A stretch of 63,089 bases of DNA, filler included, from Polymyxa betae A26-41 (taxonomy: Eukaryota > Protista > Endomyxa: Phytomyxea), in assembly GCA_003693705.1 (NCBI GenBank). It is 5 parts of 5 records of this genome, joined end to end, with 100 filler letters (N's around TTAATTAATTAA, not from the genome) between each part and the next. Parts side by side here need not be neighbours in the genome. Positions count along the whole stretch, not along the records: positions 14,787 to 28,315 come from RBZT01000322.1; positions 28,416 to 44,518 come from RBZT01000095.1; 3 more parts are not named here. One strand, given 5' to 3'. Positions within the stretch are counted from its first letter, which is position 1. Each line of letters starts with the position of its first letter. The position numbers and the translations under genes were made by a program. The notes under the pieces were generated by a model. The model saw only the letters and a list, made by a program, of their open reading frames with translations. It was not told where the DNA came from and did no database searches. This document shows, piece by piece, positions 25,700 through 36,650 of the stretch.

Positions 25700-25929
25700 G
25701 GTGATGATGCAAATGCACGCGAGATAGAAGAGTGAGAGTCCAGAGGTCGGGAGAGCTTGGTCTCCCTACCTCGTGGCGGCTGGGGTCCGGACTGCGCCAC
25801 GGACCTATCCGCAGAAATTTCATAGGGGTGTCTTGTCATATATTCCCTTCGTGGCCGTCAATAGCGGTATCTGTTCCTCGTTCGCCTAACTTGTGGTTCG
25901 CGCTCTCGTCCGGATACCTAAAATTATCA

Positions 25930-27033
25930 TTCAAAATCAGTCGAAATTGAATAAATTGCCAGTTTCGGATACTTGAGAATCCTAAGACCCTGGTTTAAGT
26001 AAATAGACCCCGTGGCGCAATTGACGCTTGCACGAATCAGATTGCGAGTTGGTCTATTTCCAGATCTATTACGGAATATGATCTCCGTGGGGTCCTTTTC
26101 TGAAACAGACTTCTATTTCAGGTCAAGAATACGCAATAAAATTGCATTTTTATCATGGATCCTATGGTTGCTGCTGCTGTTACAGGGGGTCTGGTGGTTT
26201 CATTAACGACCCTAGCGGCTGGAATGATTGCAGCAAAAACCCTGGTTCTGGTGTCGGTTGCAGTGACAGGAGGGGATCGTTGGCTGGGCACACGTTGATA
26301 TCTGCTCGGAGTTCATTTGCACAGGCTAGATTTCGGCAATTACAATTCTAAAACTACAATGAAGCTACTCTGGAAGCAAGGTAACTATTACGAACAAAGA
26401 ACCGGAACGTGAGAGTTATTGCAACAAACTGCGCCCATTCAGAACAGACGCAGAATTTGTTGCGGCACTCACACAAAAACTGTTCATCTATTTCTTGATA
26501 AAGTGATGGGCGATTTACTTTGACCGCAATTTCTGAAATTGTCCGAGGCGTCTATTTACTTGAACCAGGGTCTAAATCCTGTTGAAAATATTGCCTTAGG
26601 CGATTTTGTCACTTCGTCCCATGTAATGCACCGGGGAAGGCTTTTTCGCTCACAGCATTATGAACGCAAACGAGTCCTAAAGACAAGTAACCAAATGATG
26701 CAAGTTCGAGAGGCCATATTGTCGTCCCAAAATTCGTTTTGGTATGCCGCCGCTGACTTCTTCACATCAATCAACATCAGGGACGACGCTGCACCGACAT
26801 GCTTAGCGTTTGTCGAATGGTACCGGTCTCCAACTAAGCGTCGTTCGGGATACGATGAAGATGATGAGACTTCACTGCAGAGAACATATCCTATGACTCC
26901 CTCAGAGAACAAAGGATGGTGTCGATGGGTATTCATAGAGAATGTTGAGCCTGTGAATAGAATGCTTGGAAAGGTAGAAGGTCAGACAGGATACTATGAT
27001 ATACGAACAGGACGAACGGAGGAACTGAGCTAA
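25930..27033 (+). pseudogene. Probable 3' continuation of the CACTA-like gene beyond the Ngaro insertion
   Basis: ORF 26539-27033 contains CLAFVEWY, resembling CACTA-transposase C-termini. Same strand as 18930-20800. AGCCAAT repeats follow at ~27200-27235. Confidence 0.5.
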
Positions 27034-27499
27034 CTCTAATCCATAAAAATCCAAAGTATGTGTATTTCTTCAAAAAACTTACTGAGTGCAACCGATTGTA
27101 CCAGTTAGAATTTGGAAAGCGAAAAGAAATAATAACACAAGGAAAGATACTGAAAACCCATTTTGAAACTAAGTTGAAAAAACAAAAATTCCTCTATAAG
27201 CCAATCTTAGCGTTTACAGCCAATATTAGCCAATAGTGCAATCCCTACACAGAGCTTATGTTAGCTTACATAGCTGAAGGCCAGCAACAAGTTAGGCTAT
27301 CCATTCTAGGTCTTTCAGCTTGTCCTTGGCTTGAATCGTCTTCGACTTCAGAGCATCGAGAGCATCGTCAACAATGCCTTGGATTCGCTTCTTCTATAAA
27401 CAGCATTTCCTAATCGTCAGTCTTGTCGACTATGACTTGGCCATGCTCAGCTGCATCTTCATCGTAGTCTCAGCATCGGGTGCATCCTCGTCGCTAACA

Positions 27500-28073
27500 A
27501 CGCCATCAACCTGAAACCCTTCAAGAAGCATTACTTCCAAACAGCCGCTACAGCAGCCACTGGCAAGAGGCTTTCAACAATGAGCTCCTCAACCTTACAA
27601 GCAATCAGACATGGGAACTGTCCACGCTGCCTCCAGGTCGAAAGGCAATCACTTCCAAATGGGTGTTTAAGGTCATATCAAGAGAAGATGGCTCGATAGA
27701 CAAGTTCAAGGCACGCCTAGTTATACGCTGTTTTTCCCAAAGACCTGGTATCGATTACGATGAAACGTTCTCTCCTGTTGCACGACTTGACACAGTTCGA
27801 ATGGTGTTTGCGATTGCTGCAAAGGAAAAGCGTTCGCTGAGGCAGCTCGATGTTGTTGGAGCCTTTCTTCAATCTGAGCTCCCAGAGGAGATATACATGG
27901 TTCAACCTGAAGGACTTGAGGGAGCCCAACCCAATTTGGTATGCAAGTTAAAAAGAGTTTATATGGCCTTAAACAGGCTGGACATGTATGGAACAGGACG
28001 ATAAACGAGTTTCTGACCCGAGAAATTGGATTAACACGATCCGTCAAGGATCCCTGTCTGTATATGGCCAACT
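27500..28073 (+). mobile_element. Copia RT fragment
   Basis: KFKARLVIRCFSQRPGIDYDETFSPVAR...QLDVVGAFL..L.EEIYMVQPEG. Confidence 0.93.
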
Positions 28074-28315
28074 GTCATGCCCATTGAGCATGACAGTACT
28101 CGCAGCCGCCCAGCCGACCACCAGGCAGTCGTACTGGCCCTTCCTGAGGGGCTGCGCAGAGGGCTGCGCCCCTGCTGACGATTCCTATAGGGGAAGAGCC
28201 CTAACTGTCACGGACTGCGCGGGTCCCCTCGTCTCCCTATTATGAATGGCGAGGAGCGGCCTCCACGCAACCATTCCGATCAACTCCAAAATTCATACGT
28301 TTCTCATCTCGTCTC
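28074..28315 (+). repeat. Probable LTR start inserted into the Copia RT, cut off by the contig end
   Basis: The RT breaks at TGTCATGC. A GC-rich tract follows, then TATTATGAA and a pyrimidine-rich tail. Confidence 0.45.
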
Positions 28316-28415
28316 NNNNNNNNNNNNNNNNNNNNNNNNNNNNNNNNNNNNNNNNNNNNTTAATTAATTAANNNNNNNNNNNNNNNNNNNNNNNNNNNNN
28401 NNNNNNNNNNNNNNN
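28316..28415. other. Artificial contig linker
   Basis: N44-TTAATTAATTAA-N44. Confidence 0.99.
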
Positions 28416-28663
28416 GTATAATGACGACTTCCGTCGTTGGCTGACGGACTCTTCATTGGAAAACATTCTGCAGTGTCGACACATGTTGCTCCAAAATGAA
28501 ATCTCCACAATATCTTTCCATATCCGGCCTATTTACTTTGATTTGAATACAAATTAGGGCTATTTTAAGGCAAATGACTGTTTTGACTAATTTCATTTCG
28601 AAATAATGACTAAATTACGGAAAATTAGTTAAATTAGTCATTAGACTATTTTTATGAGGCCTG
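28416..28663 (+). mobile_element. Possible hAT 3' end
   Basis: TGACTAA/TTAGTCA subterminal repeats at 28585-28640. The end reads CAGGCCTCATAAAAA on the minus strand. Confidence 0.4.
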
Positions 28664-29257
28664 CTGATGGGGTTGCCCCATTGTCGGGCTTTAAGCACAA
28701 GTCGAAGGCATCGTTATATTGCTTGCATTTGTGCTGTTCAGAACATCATGACGGGAATCCACATCAGCAACAATTGTCACGAAACGAATCGGAGGAGATT
28801 CTCTGTTGCGACGACAAAAAAGTATACAAGGCATACGAAGTAAGGAAATAACAGTATTGTTTCTTCTATTGCAATTACAGTGAGATCTGTGTTTTATTTA
28901 AGCTTTACAAAGGAGCATGGTTTTTGCAAATATGTGATCCAAAAACATAATAAAAAAATATAGATACCAAATTCACTTCGGTGTCCTTCCGTATTAATCA
29001 TTAACAGTTCCTTTTTCTGTACCGGATGCCTTCGGGCCGAACTCCCTACCGTCTATACGGGGAAATTCCAATATAAACAGATGCGCTGCAGACATCCAAA
29101 CATTTAAAACCTAGAAGTTGAATAACAACGAACACAACGACGTCGTTGGCAGCGGCGTCGGAGTCGGGCCCGACGCTGAAGACGAGCCAGCGGAACCGTC
29201 AATAAATAAACGGTTGCTGCAAAGATGATCAGACGCAAGCACCTGCACCGCTCCCAT

Positions 29258-29276
29258 TCTCTCTCTCTCTCTCTCT
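29258..29276. repeat. (CT)n microsatellite
   Basis: Read directly from the sequence. Confidence 0.9.
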
Positions 29277-29509
29277 ATTGGAACGCAGTCTTCAATGACT
29301 GGGGACCCGCGATCCAAATATCCTTTGATATTTGCCTTCGTCACGGCAAATATCTACGCATATTTGCCTCGGTCCCCAGTCGTGGACTGGGGACCAACTA
29401 GGACCAACTGGGACCAGCGGTCCTGTTATTTTTAAGCACGCGTGCTTCAAGCACGCGCAGCCCACCGCACAGTTTTTATTTCAGCTCTAATGATGCAGAA
29501 TGTCTTGAA

Positions 29510-30400
29510 GAGACTCATGTTGGTGTCTCTCTTCACGATCTTCAGCTTATAAACACACCAGTAATATTGATCTGTTACAAAGAAAGCTACATTTTTTCAA
29601 TGAATTATAGGAACCCATTCACCATAATTCAAATTCAATAGAGAATAACTCGGATCTTCCCGATTTTGACAGCCTCTCGGATCCCTCATATAATCTGGGT
29701 GTAGATTTTAATGTATGAAATGATTATATAACTGTCATTATGAAATATTATTCAGATATTCACAGAGAATGAAATTTGTGAAATGTTGGATATCCCACCT
29801 GATATTGGACTGTTATCCTCACCAACATCTTTATTACATCATGCAGATAATGTTACAGATTTACCTCCTATTCATGAATCTATCAATGTAATGTTTCATA
29901 TCAAGTCTCCTATCTTAAACATCGCTGAGATTGTCATCAACAGATCGATGGAAATAGTCTTCTTACTGACTATATTAATGAGACTCATGTTACTGTCTCT
30001 CCTCTCGACTACCACGTTACAGACACCAGAGTAACATCGCTTTGTCAGAATGAAGTCACATTTTCTAACATGATGATTATAGGAATCAATTCTCTATGAT
30101 TCATATTCAATCCAAAATTTCTCGGATCTTTCCGATTTTAACAACCTCATAGATTCTACCTTTGATTTCAACGAGGATGTAGATTTTAATTTCTGAAATG
30201 ATTATATAACTGTGATCGTATCAAATTCATTTATTATTCAGATATTTAATGAGAATGAAATTCATGAAACATTTGACACCCGACCTGATATTGGAACTTT
30301 ATCAACATCAACATCTTTATTTCATCATCCAGATAATGTTCCTGCTCTACCTCACAATCAGGAATCTATCAATGTAATGTTTCATTATCAAGATTCATGT
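29510..30400 (+). repeat. Diverged ~470-bp tandem duplication related to the 5' part of the inverted gene pair
   Basis: Units start GAGACTCATGTT at ~29510 and ~29980. They encode PDIG.LS..TSL.HH.DNV..LP...ESINV, also present near 36230-36320 (-) and 41960-42050 (+). Confidence 0.85.
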
Positions 30401-30450
30401 CTTGAAAACCTCTGATATATTCATAATCAGAATGATGAACCCCCTGAATC

Positions 30451-31470
30451 TGTTAAACTGTAGGAAGCATACAGAGCAATGCGGAAAGCAAGTGAGTATT
30501 TGATAACACAACAAAGAAGGAAGCAGCTTCTGTGACGGAGTGTAGATAGATGCTGGCTGTACTAGAGTGGCTCCGACTGGAAGCAGATGCTGGCTGCGCC
30601 GCTGTGGCTTAGCTCGTATCAACACGTCCCCCCGAGATGATGCCACCTGGAGAATGCGTCACACCTAATTGTGCGCGGCACCATTCAAACTTTTGTCTAG
30701 AAATTGGTTTCGTGAGTGAATCTGCGACCATATTCTCTGTCCGACAGTATTCTAATCGTATTGTGCCATCTTCCACTCTATCTCTAATTGCATGATAACG
30801 AACATCTATATGTTTGGTTCTCTTGTCAGTTCTGTGATTATTTGCGACACTCAACGAGCCCTGGTTGTCGCCCTTGATAGTAATAGCCTCGGCACTGTTC
30901 AAAAATCCCAATTCTATCAGAAATTGCTTGAGCCATTTGATCTCTTTTGATGCAATACTCAAAGCCATGTACTCGGCTTCGACCGATGACTCAGCTGTTG
31001 TTTTCTGTCTCTGGCTCCTCCAATAATTGGGGCTCCAGACATCATACAAATTAATCCCGAAGTCGATCGCCGTTGATCCGGATCACCAGCAAAATCACTG
31101 TCACTATAAGCCTCTATCGGTTGATTGGATGGGTAAAATCTCAAACCCCATGAAGCAGTTCCTTTTAAATACCGAAGGACTCGTTTGGCAGCAGTCCAGT
31201 GTTCTCTGCCTGGATTCTCCATATATCTACACAAGACATTAACTGAATGTGAGATGTCTGGACGGGTTCGGGTTGCAATATAGTTGAGAGAGCCGACCAG
31301 TTTACGATAAGGGACATTTTCCATCGAAGATTTCTCAATTTCAGTTTTCGGTGACATATCAGCAGACAGATATAGACCACGTTGATGAGGTAAGTCAGAC
31401 GAGTTGCTATTGTTGATGTTGAACTCTGCTAATAGCTCCTCAATATAATTTTCTGATCTATGAAGATTGA
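30451..31470 (-). mobile_element. Copia 3' fragment (end of RT, RNase H, 3' LTR 30451-30624)
   Basis: PYRKLVGSLNY..TRPDI, AYSDSDFAGD, SSVEAEY, KHIDVRYH. PPT GGGGGGACG precedes TGTTG...TAACA. Confidence 0.92.
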
Positions 31471-32694
31471 GCACACATTTATGAACAGATTTACTCTTAC
31501 GAAGGCTCATGCTGTATGCAAAAAACTCTTTACATTCTCTTATGCTATCACGACCATTACAATTCTCTGAATCACCGAGGCCAGATTTTATCGTCACCAA
31601 GTGAGGTAGGCCAAATATGCCGTATTTCCTTTTCGATGGAGGATTTGCCCGTCTATGATTCTCGATAAGAGTTTAACGTCCCTTTTTGCCCGACAAAATG
31701 GCTGACTAGGAACCAGTCTTGGCAGCCAAATAAAACCCTAACCCTAATGGGAGTTGACCCAGAACAGGAATTTCGGTCGCATTGAAAACCAAATCGGTCC
31801 TTGAAGGCTTCAAAAACTTGACGATAGCGGATTGCAAAGGTCATGTGCCAGAATGCTTTCAGCATTCCATTGAACTGAAGTGGGTCACTCGCCTTAAGGT
31901 TTGGGTTTGAACCATTCTTGATTGCTGTCATTCTCACCCTCTTAACAGTCATTGTATTCCTTTTCTTTCTATTCTGGGGCCAGTGCGCCCCTTTACTAAC
32001 CGTGCAGTGTACCTGGCGGAAATACAAAGACCGGACTGGGCTGGATCGCAATGCTGACGACCTCGCCATCTCAATCCAGCCGGCTATAGGCGATGGGAGC
32101 GGAGACTCAGTTTTTGATAGCACGACGGCCAGCATTGCTTATTGACGATTCTGGTCGAAGTTTGCGAGAAACATTTTCCAGTTATGTCTATTCGACATTC
32201 TCTTGTCTGTCCAAGATGGACCGAGCAAAGCTGATTCATCTCTCGAGATCAAACAGCACATTGGCATCGGCACACTTGACATCCTTAATGAGCTTTGTAC
32301 GGCATTTGAACAACTCTGCTGGGAACCAAAGCGAGCCTCCTCAAATATTTTCAAAGTTGCAAAACAAATAATCAATAAATGATGTAGCACAAAACGAAAT
32401 CAACAGTTCTAGTTCGGTAGTATTTGGGCAAAATTCTTCGAGCACTTTGACTCTCAATGGAAGCGCGTTTCTGTTGGTTTGAGCCCCTGTTCATTCTAGC
32501 TCTGAGCTCTAACCCAGGTCCGCACTGCCCTCGCTTCCAACCCCGAGTCGGGCCTGCCGTGATAACATCTTTCAGAAACAAACCGGCGCTGTCGTACCAC
32601 TAAGAGGCGTACGACAAGTGAGAAAGTTGCCAGCATTTGTCGACTCTTTATTATTCATACGACATGTCGTACGCCTTAGCAAGGTAAATCATTT

Positions 32695-32870
32695 TAACAG
32701 TCAAACGAAACCAACTCAAAATGTGCGTGAAACGTGTTTAACAGTAGAAATTCAGCAAAAATTGTGCGTAAAACGTGTCTAACAGTTGAAAAATCAACAT
32801 CCAACCCAAAATGTGCGTAAAACGTGTTTAACAGTCGAAAAAATAAGCAACCAACTTAAAATGTGTGTGC
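32695..32870. repeat. Minisatellite with a ~29-bp core, period 41-50 bp, about 3.5 copies
   Basis: TGTGCGT(G/A)AAACGTGT(T/C)TAACAGTnGAAA at 32722, 32763 and 32812. Confidence 0.85.
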
Positions 32871-32969
32871 ATGTAAAAACAACAAACCTTTGTCGTCGGT
32901 GGAATTGTAAAGGGAGAGAAAGTGACGGCACGTGAAAAGTCCGTGGGCGAATTGTCGCAGAACGCCGGC

Positions 32970-33230
32970 ATGACCGTGGCAGAACTCGACGCCTTTCTAG
33001 CCGATGCGACCCGTGAGTACACGCTGTCGATCACAGAGTTGGCCGGACGGGGCGCGCGCCTCGCCCAGCACCGCCCGATGGACGCCGACGAGGCCGCAGC
33101 TCGCGCCGACGCCATCGCCGCCCTCGCGTGCCAGACGCACGCACTCGAGACTTCGACGACGATTATCTCGCAGATCGAAGATGCCGTACGGCTTTTCAAC
33201 CAGGACCACGACCGATTTCAGGCACGGTAG
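32970..33230 (+). CDS. Small GC-rich Ala-rich helical orphan protein
   Basis: GC-rich third codon positions, AT-rich flanks, ATG at 32970. Confidence 0.45.
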   Translation: MTVAELDAFLADATREYTLSITELAGRGARLAQHRPMDADEAAARADAIAALACQTHALETSTTIISQIEDAVRLFNQDHDRFQAR

Positions 33231-33393
33231 GATAGTAATTTCAAACCCTAAACGCTAAGTTGACTGCAGCCTCTTTGCTTTCTTCTACGACTATAACAGT
33301 TAACATTCTTTTGTGTATTTTTATGAGGAATTTTGATGCTGCTTTTTTAGCTGTAACGTTTCTTGTCACATTTTTTGAAAAGATTTTGAAAAA

Positions 33394-33735
33394 ATGTTCT
33401 TCAGAATGGATGCGCTGACGCGGAAGTTGTATGAGACGAAAGAACAAATCGAAGTCGAATTATTCATTGTCGAAGATCAGATGATCGAGGCCGAGGGCCA
33501 GCTCGGCATCGATACGGCACCGTATATCGATTTGGTGAAGGCGGCGCTGGAGGCGTGCGTGACCGGGGCGAGGTTCGTGCGACTGCCGGATCGGCTGTAT
33601 CCGAAGCGGGTCCTGTACGACGGCCAGGATGCGCTGTTTGATCGATGGAGATCGCTGTTCGTACGCGTGTCGTGGGAGTTCTCGGAGCTCGTGGAAGGGT
33701 TGGAGACTTGCCTGGTAAACTGTTTAGGGTTTTAG
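33394..33735 (+). CDS. Small GC-rich orphan ORF or exon
   Basis: Coding-like composition. The stop falls inside a TTTAGGGTTTTAGGG tract. Confidence 0.45.
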   Translation: MFFRMDALTRKLYETKEQIEVELFIVEDQMIEAEGQLGIDTAPYIDLVKAALEACVTGARFVRLPDRLYPKRVLYDGQDALFDRWRSLFVRVSWEFSELVEGLETCLVNCLGF

Positions 33736-34068
33736 GGTTTCCTGGGTGCTGAGAGCAGTTTAGGATGTCATAGGGTTTGTGGAGAGAACCCTAATCAAAC
33801 ACGAGAGCGAACTACAAAACGGTGTTTCTGGGTAGCTGCATCATGGCGCTGATAATCATAGAAAGATAAAACAACACGAAAAAATAATGAATTAAACAAA
33901 CATATTAATCTGAGAGAATTTGTAGAATTCGTCGCTTTTTCATTGAAGAGGCGGCCATCAATAATAGAGCCATCGAGTACAGAAATCTCATTGGAGATTC
34001 GCACAGAGGGCGCGACGTTTGCCGAGGCCGAATTGTCGACCGATGGTACAGGCGGTTTGGGGCCTCCG

Positions 34069-34144
34069 CCCCAAAAGCTGGCCCCCGACCCACCCCACTG
34101 ACCCGAGTCCCCAAAAGCTGGCCCCCGACCCGCCCCACTGACCC
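34069..34144. repeat. 40-bp tandem repeat x2, G-rich on the minus strand
   Basis: CCCCAAAAGCTGGCCCCCGACCC(A/G)CCCCACTGACCC at 34069 and 34109. Confidence 0.9.
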
Positions 34145-34399
34145 CGGGTTTCATTTCCATAACACTGCGGTCCTCTGCCGAATTCGACGGCGATTCGGGT
34201 AGAATCAGTTTCACCAAACAACCAAATTGTCTTTCTGGTCAAATCCTCGGCAACAGCTGCCTTCCTATTGCATTCAGATCTTGTCAGATCTGCAGCAGAG
34301 AGTCTTATCTAATCCCCTCCTTGTGATTACTGCAGTTGCAGGACTTTATGAAATAGCTCTCTGCTTGAACTATGAATGTATAAATTTTTGAGAGAGGAA

Positions 34400-36650
34400 C
34401 GAATATTCAGAGATTAGAAACATTTTATGAGCAGTTTACGGAGTGACAAATTGTGTAGAGTTTGGGCCAGATAGAGCAGGACATTGTCCAGTAGGTCCAG
34501 GACAGTAATTATGTTGAAATTGATAATGATCTATATAATGTCCAAATATATGAGAGAAATAATTGACATCATTATTACAATGATGTTCAAGACAGTATAA
34601 TATTGGATGAAGAGAATTTTGGAGATATTCAATCAAATCAGATGATGGATTGAGACCCAGCTTCTTCAAAAGATTATTCAATCGCTGAATACACTCCAAC
34701 ACGAGCTTCTGTGATATATTCAAAAAATACGAATAAAACTTGAACACAGTAATACCGTCTCAAATCCTTTCATAGAATATCTCAATAGACAATAAGCAAG
34801 ATCTTCTCTATCACAAAGTAGTTGTGATATGACGGAGTATTTCTTATTGTTACTGACAATGAGAGTCTCAAAACCGCACTGTTTACCTTTGCATTTGTGC
34901 CTAGAACAACGTTTGTCAAAACGACTATGCGAGAACGGATTTCCCCATCGAGATTGAAAAACCCGTAGATCATTCTGACAGCAGGATCCGACACATGAAA
35001 GTATTGGGTAACATGATTCCCGCAGCCAATGATAACAACGTTCACGTTCCATGTTCAATTTCGGGTCGGCAATCTTGGCCCGACATATTTTTAGACATAA
35101 ACTGGCCACCAATATCAACTTCTGTAACGTGGTCTTTGAAGTTGCGATTTCCGAGGTTTCGGACAATATGATCTGATCATCGAGAACTTTGATAATAATG
35201 GGGCCATTTGCAATGTGTTGTTTTTTGCACTTTGATGGGAACAATATGTTCGTATCAGTAAGAAACTCGTACTCGTCATCATCAGGCTGCTTTTTCTGAA
35301 TTTTTGAGATCAGTGTGAAATTCCCCATTCAATATGAATAATCTCACCAAAAAAGCGCAGAGAGTAGTGTAGTCTGTGATCTTCTCCACATTAAAATCAA
35401 ACAATGTAAAGAACTCAGAAAACACGCGAAACATTGGCCGAGCTGGATCCTGTTCAGGTGAACTAAATTTCATCCGTTTCCAGGACGGATTGTTGTCATT
35501 CTGTAGATCATGAGCGTCAAAAGAGATGAAAGAACTATCTCGGACCTGATTCATCAACTGATCGGCAGCTGAGAGTTTAGATCGGCATTCATTTCCGGAA
35601 CATCTATTTCGAAGTCTCCAATGATAGAAGGGATTCCCCCAGAGGGTCTGAAACCTCCGGAGATCTTTCTGACAGCATTCCAGGACACATCGGAGTACAG
35701 GACGACACACCTTATACAGAAAATCCCGTATATGCCCATCAACCTTTCTCCAAGACAATTCATATTTCCGGGAGGCCCAGATCAATTTCCGATAAAAATT
35801 TGCAATCAGAATCAGCTTTTGTAATGTGCTTTGAGCATAACGGATTCGTTTGATTTCGCTCAGATCCAGATCATGTCCTTTCACATTGATAATTAATTGA
35901 GAGTCGCTCATAGAGCATTGACCTGCATCACAATCGGTCTTTGAAGACAGAGAACGAAGTTCATCATCGTTCGGCTCTTTGATCTAATATATAGTCAATA
36001 TACAGAGGGACAAAAAGCTCTTCAAGGATCACCAGAAACTTGCAGAGACTGTTATAGTCATTAATATCAGTCACATCATGATTGAAGGAATACAGAAGTT
36101 CGGTTGGCGATGATGTCTCGTTAATACGAGGACGTTTCCGGGAGATAATTTCAACTGGTTCATTATTATGAAAAATAAAAATATCAACGATTCTAAAAAG
36201 CATCAAACTTGATAAGGAAGAAAATTACATTGATAGTTTCATGAATAGGAGGTAAAACCGGAACAATATCTGTATGGTGTGATAAAGATGTTGATGTTGA
36301 TAGTGTTCCAAGATCAGGTAGAAGAGATGCGACCTCTTCCTGATACAGCAGTTTTACTCCTGTGTCTGTGAGATCGGGATTATAGAGACTGACATTGATA
36401 TCGGGAGGATAGACACTGATATTGAGATCGAAAGGATAAACTCTATCAGGAGTCTCTTCTAATGAGTCTGTAACATTAATAGGCCCAAGACTGAATGCAG
36501 CGAAGCACTCAGATAGACTCAGTATCAGGAAGGGAATCGCTCGACCAAACATTGTTAGGCAAGTGGAGTCTAAACATCGTCGGACTTCGGCCTTACGAGC
36601 CTCTGTCGTCGGAGCACAATTCTGCGCGCAGTTTTGGCAGTTTGTACTGT
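34400..36650 (-). repeat. Left arm of inverted duplication; spliced or decayed gene with three Cys/His-rich repeats
   Basis: Collinear reverse-complement homology to 41622-43840. ORFs 35282-35911, 34720-35328 and 34436-34747 share QKL(I/V)L...P(I/V)L.C...C..D...F...(W/F)G...H..(F/L)...C. Confidence 0.9.

Larger units (their letters stand above)
20923..25925 (-). mobile_element. Ngaro-type (DIRS order) tyrosine-recombinase retrotransposon with split direct repeats
   Basis: Minus-strand order: A1 (25709-25925), gag, RT/RH, YR, B1 (21295-21372), A2 (21076-21292), B2 (20929-21006). A copies differ at about 5 of 217 nt; B copies at 1 nt. Confidence 0.95.

Noticed and set aside
28176-28205. CTGACGA-hairpin-GAAG as a hammerhead ribozyme
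   Set aside because: GAAA core absent, and stems I and III cannot be assembled around a UH cleavage site
32695-32870. CRISPR-like repeat-spacer array
   Set aside because: Spacers are only 12-21 nt and similar to each other; no cas genes; eukaryotic context
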